A DNA stretch of 64,000 nucleotides from Alphaproteobacteria bacterium MarineAlpha5_Bin9 (lineage in GTDB: Bacteria; Pseudomonadota; Alphaproteobacteria; HIMB59; GCA-002718135): NCBI GenBank assembly GCA_002937895.1, contig PTKV01000010.1, positions 833 through 64,832 on the forward strand, read 5' to 3'. Shown piece after piece: positions 61,659 to 64,000 of the stretch. The translations under genes and the position numbers were made by a program. The number at the start of each line of letters is the position of its first letter. The stretch's first letter is position 1. A model generated the notes under the pieces. That model made no database searches. It was given only the letters and a program-made list of their open reading frames with translations, and was not told where the DNA came from.

Positions 61659-62882
61659 AGATATTTCTAATTGCTGTAAATACCAAGATTTAAATTTTTC
61701 TAAACCTATTTCCATCAAAGACAAAGGACCAGGAGTGTATTTGTTTGACAAAACACCTTTTTGATTGTCTTCGATAATTCTCTTATCAGCTAAAGTAGTA
61801 ACATCCCACATCCAAATTATTTCATCTAAATTGTAATCAACTCCCTCTTTAGCGTCTTTGTGAACTAACCACATAAGTTCTACCTCTGTATGAAGAGTTG
61901 ATTTAGGTATGAAAGTAAATAGTGTTGCAAAATCATTACACATTAGAAGACTATTAAAAGGAGATGTACCTACCGACGTATAACCCCTATCATATTTCTT
62001 AAAATTTCCCATTAATTTAGCTGTTGGTTTTCCTGATTTAGTTTCATTATAATTTCCATCTTTTAAAGGAGTTCTTTCAGCACTTCTTGAATAGTCATTA
62101 AATTCAATTTCAGAATATTGCCCTGTAACATGTCCCATCGCCGAAACTTTTTTATTCCATTCATCAAGTTTTTTATTAAATTTTTCAGATGATGGACCCG
62201 TATTATTCCCTGCTCCATATGCAATTATATACTCTGAATCATGAACAGAACAATATTCAGGATGAGATGGCTGACAGTGATAACACTCATGAAAATTATC
62301 TAAAGTTAATTTCCAATTGCCAAAAGTAGGATATATTTGTCTATGAGCAATTTTTGCCTCTCCCAAACCATGGAATTGAATAAATTTTTTTGTAGGTTCA
62401 ATAAATTCATTAAAATCATTTGGATGATCAGAGAGATTAATAAAAATTAGTCCTTCAAAGATTTTAACGTTACATCTGTGTAAACTCCATTTTTCTTTTT
62501 CAAAGTTATCGCTCATTAATCTTGCAGATTTTATTGAACCATCTAAATTGTAACTCCAAGCATGATATGGACAAACTAATAATTTTTTGTTTCCATTGTT
62601 TTCTAAACAAATTTGAGAACCTCGATGTCTACATACATTATAAAGAGCTTGAACATTTTTATCAAAATCACGAATAATAATTATTGATTCTTTTCCAATA
62701 TTAAATAAAAAATAATCACCAGAATTTGGTATTCTTGAAATATGGCCTACAAAAACCCACTGCTTTTGAAATATGTTTTTTATATCCAGTTCAAATATTT
62801 CATCATTTGTGTAAAAAGCTTGATCCAAACTATAATTTTTTTTTTGTTTTTTTATTAAGTTTATTATTTCTGACTTTTTCAT
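61647..62882 (-). CDS. Rieske [2Fe-2S] non-haem-iron oxygenase, alpha subunit
   Basis: Rieske motif CRHRGSQIC-x17-CPYHAWSY and a mononuclear-iron region NFHECYHCQPSHPE. I set the start at ATG 62882 (MKKSEII); the tracked start at 62918 would add 12 hydrophobic codons and consume most of the divergent spacer. Confidence 0.8.
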   Translation of the reverse strand: MKKSEIINLIKKQKKNYSLDQAFYTNDEIFELDIKNIFQKQWVFVGHISRIPNSGDYFLFNIGKESIIIIRDFDKNVQALYNVCRHRGSQICLENNGNKKLLVCPYHAWSYNLDGSIKSARLMSDNFEKEKWSLHRCNVKIFEGLIFINLSDHPNDFNEFIEPTKKFIQFHGLGEAKIAHRQIYPTFGNWKLTLDNFHECYHCQPSHPEYCSVHDSEYIIAYGAGNNTGPSSEKFNKKLDEWNKKVSAMGHVTGQYSEIEFNDYSRSAERTPLKDGNYNETKSGKPTAKLMGNFKKYDRGYTSVGTSPFNSLLMCNDFATLFTFIPKSTLHTEVELMWLVHKDAKEGVDYNLDEIIWMWDVTTLADKRIIEDNQKGVLSNKYTPGPLSLMEIGLEKFKSWYLQQLEISLNI

Positions 62883-62941
62883 ATTTATAAATATATATAA
62901 TATTGATTGAATAAGCATTCAATGAAATTTATAAGTTACCT

Positions 62942-64000
62942 ATGTCTAATTTATATCATTCTGATATGTATAATTTTAAAGAACCAGTAAAAAGTTATTG
63001 GGAAAATACGTATAATTTAAAAAATCAATATAAAAAAGTTGAAAGCAATATTAAAACAGACGTAGTAATAATTGGAGGCGGTTATACGGGTATCTCGTGT
63101 GCATTAAATTTATCTAAAAATTTTAATATTGATGTAGTTTTATTAGAAGCTGGTCATATTGGATGGGGCTCGTCAGCTAGAAATGCAGGTTTTTGCTGCA
63201 TTCCGCCTGCAAAAATGTCAGTAGAAAAAATGTTTAAAAAATTTGGAGAAAAAGAAACTAAAAAGTTTTTTAAAAATACTATTGAAGGCTCAAATTATAC
63301 TAAAAACTTAATTACTGAATATAATATTGATTGCGATCTTACTGGAGAATGTAATTATGAGGTTGCGCCTCATCCAAGCTATTTCAAGTCAATTCAAAAA
63401 GAAGCTGAAATATACAAGACTCAATTTGGTATAGAAACAGAAATATTTTCCAAAGAAGAGTTTAATCAAATAGGCCACACAGGAAAAGAACAGTATGGAG
63501 CTATGTCTTATAAACCAGGATTTGCTATTAATCCTTTAAAATTTCTTTTAGGATTATCTAAAAAAGCCCAATTCTATGGTGTTAAAATTTTTCAAAATAG
63601 TAAAGTAGAAAAGATTAAGAAGATATCTAATAAATTTAATATATTTGTAAATGGTTATAATATCTCCTCTAATAAAATTGTTTTAGCTACAAATGGTTTT
63701 TACAAAGATGATTTAATACCTCATTTAAATGACAGAATTTTACCCGTGATATCTAATATAATTGTCACAAGACCATTAACAAATGATGAAATCCAATCTC
63801 ATAATTTTTCAACTCACAATCCAATTTTAAATGTAAGAAATTTGCTTTTTTATTACAGGTTGCTTAAAGATAAACGTTTTTTATTTGGTGCAAGAGGTGA
63901 TTTATTAGGGAGCAACAAATCTTCTAAGATTATGGCACAAAAAATGGAAATGCAAATAAAGAAAATTTTTCCAAATTGGAATAAACTAAAAATTGAATTT
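62942..64000 (+). CDS. FAD-dependent oxidoreductase (DAO family), 3'-truncated by window end
   Basis: Absent from the ORF track because it runs off the window. ATG at 62942, open for 353 codons. Dinucleotide fold VVIIGGGYTGISCAL followed by GWGSSARNAG. It is a paralogue of the 58904-60217 gene. Confidence 0.75.
   Translation, partial: MSNLYHSDMYNFKEPVKSYWENTYNLKNQYKKVESNIKTDVVIIGGGYTGISCALNLSKNFNIDVVLLEAGHIGWGSSARNAGFCCIPPAKMSVEKMFKKFGEKETKKFFKNTIEGSNYTKNLITEYNIDCDLTGECNYEVAPHPSYFKSIQKEAEIYKTQFGIETEIFSKEEFNQIGHTGKEQYGAMSYKPGFAINPLKFLLGLSKKAQFYGVKIFQNSKVEKIKKISNKFNIFVNGYNISSNKIVLATNGFYKDDLIPHLNDRILPVISNIIVTRPLTNDEIQSHNFSTHNPILNVRNLLFYYRLLKDKRFLFGARGDLLGSNKSSKIMAQKMEMQIKKIFPNWNKLKIEF

Overview
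This is an extremely AT-rich (by eye roughly 70% A+T), almost gap-free chromosome segment. It holds 62 protein-coding genes (the first and last are cut by the window edges), one tRNA-Leu(UAA), and only about 1.4 kb of non-coding DNA in 64 kb. Gene content and synteny look alphaproteobacterial: hda, rpsF-rpsR-rplI without priB/ssb, psd-pssA, pepA divergent from lptF-lptG-lptD-surA-pdxA-rsmA, and a GTTC-N7-GTTC box at recA. Composition and near-zero spacers fit a streamlined marine SAR11/Pelagibacterales-type genome; this is an inference, not verified. Content is overwhelmingly housekeeping: replication and repair (topA, hda, dnaB, recA), translation (aspS, alaS, gltX, rpsF/R/D, rplI, der, rlmE, rsmA, trmJ-like, sua5, map), fatty-acid synthesis (fabD-fabG-acpP-fabF), envelope biogenesis (lptFGD, surA-like, bamB, mltG, glmU, psd/pssA) and central or cofactor metabolism (icd, purB, ndk, gmk, nadE, nadK, pdxA, moaA, class II DAHP synthase, cimA). 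I found no rRNA, CRISPR array, transposase or integrase, prophage, toxin-antitoxin or recognisable defence genes, and no long repeats. I do not see a convincing wholly new multi-gene system. The best leads are: (1) a 3'-terminal amine-catabolic cluster combining a PuuA-like gamma-glutamyl ligase, two FAD oxidases and a Rieske oxygenase; (2) an RND efflux permease with an extra pair of hydrophobic helices and altered proton-relay residues; (3) an orphan small ParA/ParF-like ATPase; (4) a secreted unknown protein abutting hda; (5) the genome architecture itself, where 8 of 10 convergent gene pairs overlap at their 3' ends and there is only one clear intrinsic terminator. All functional calls come from motif recognition and synteny by eye; no database search was possible.
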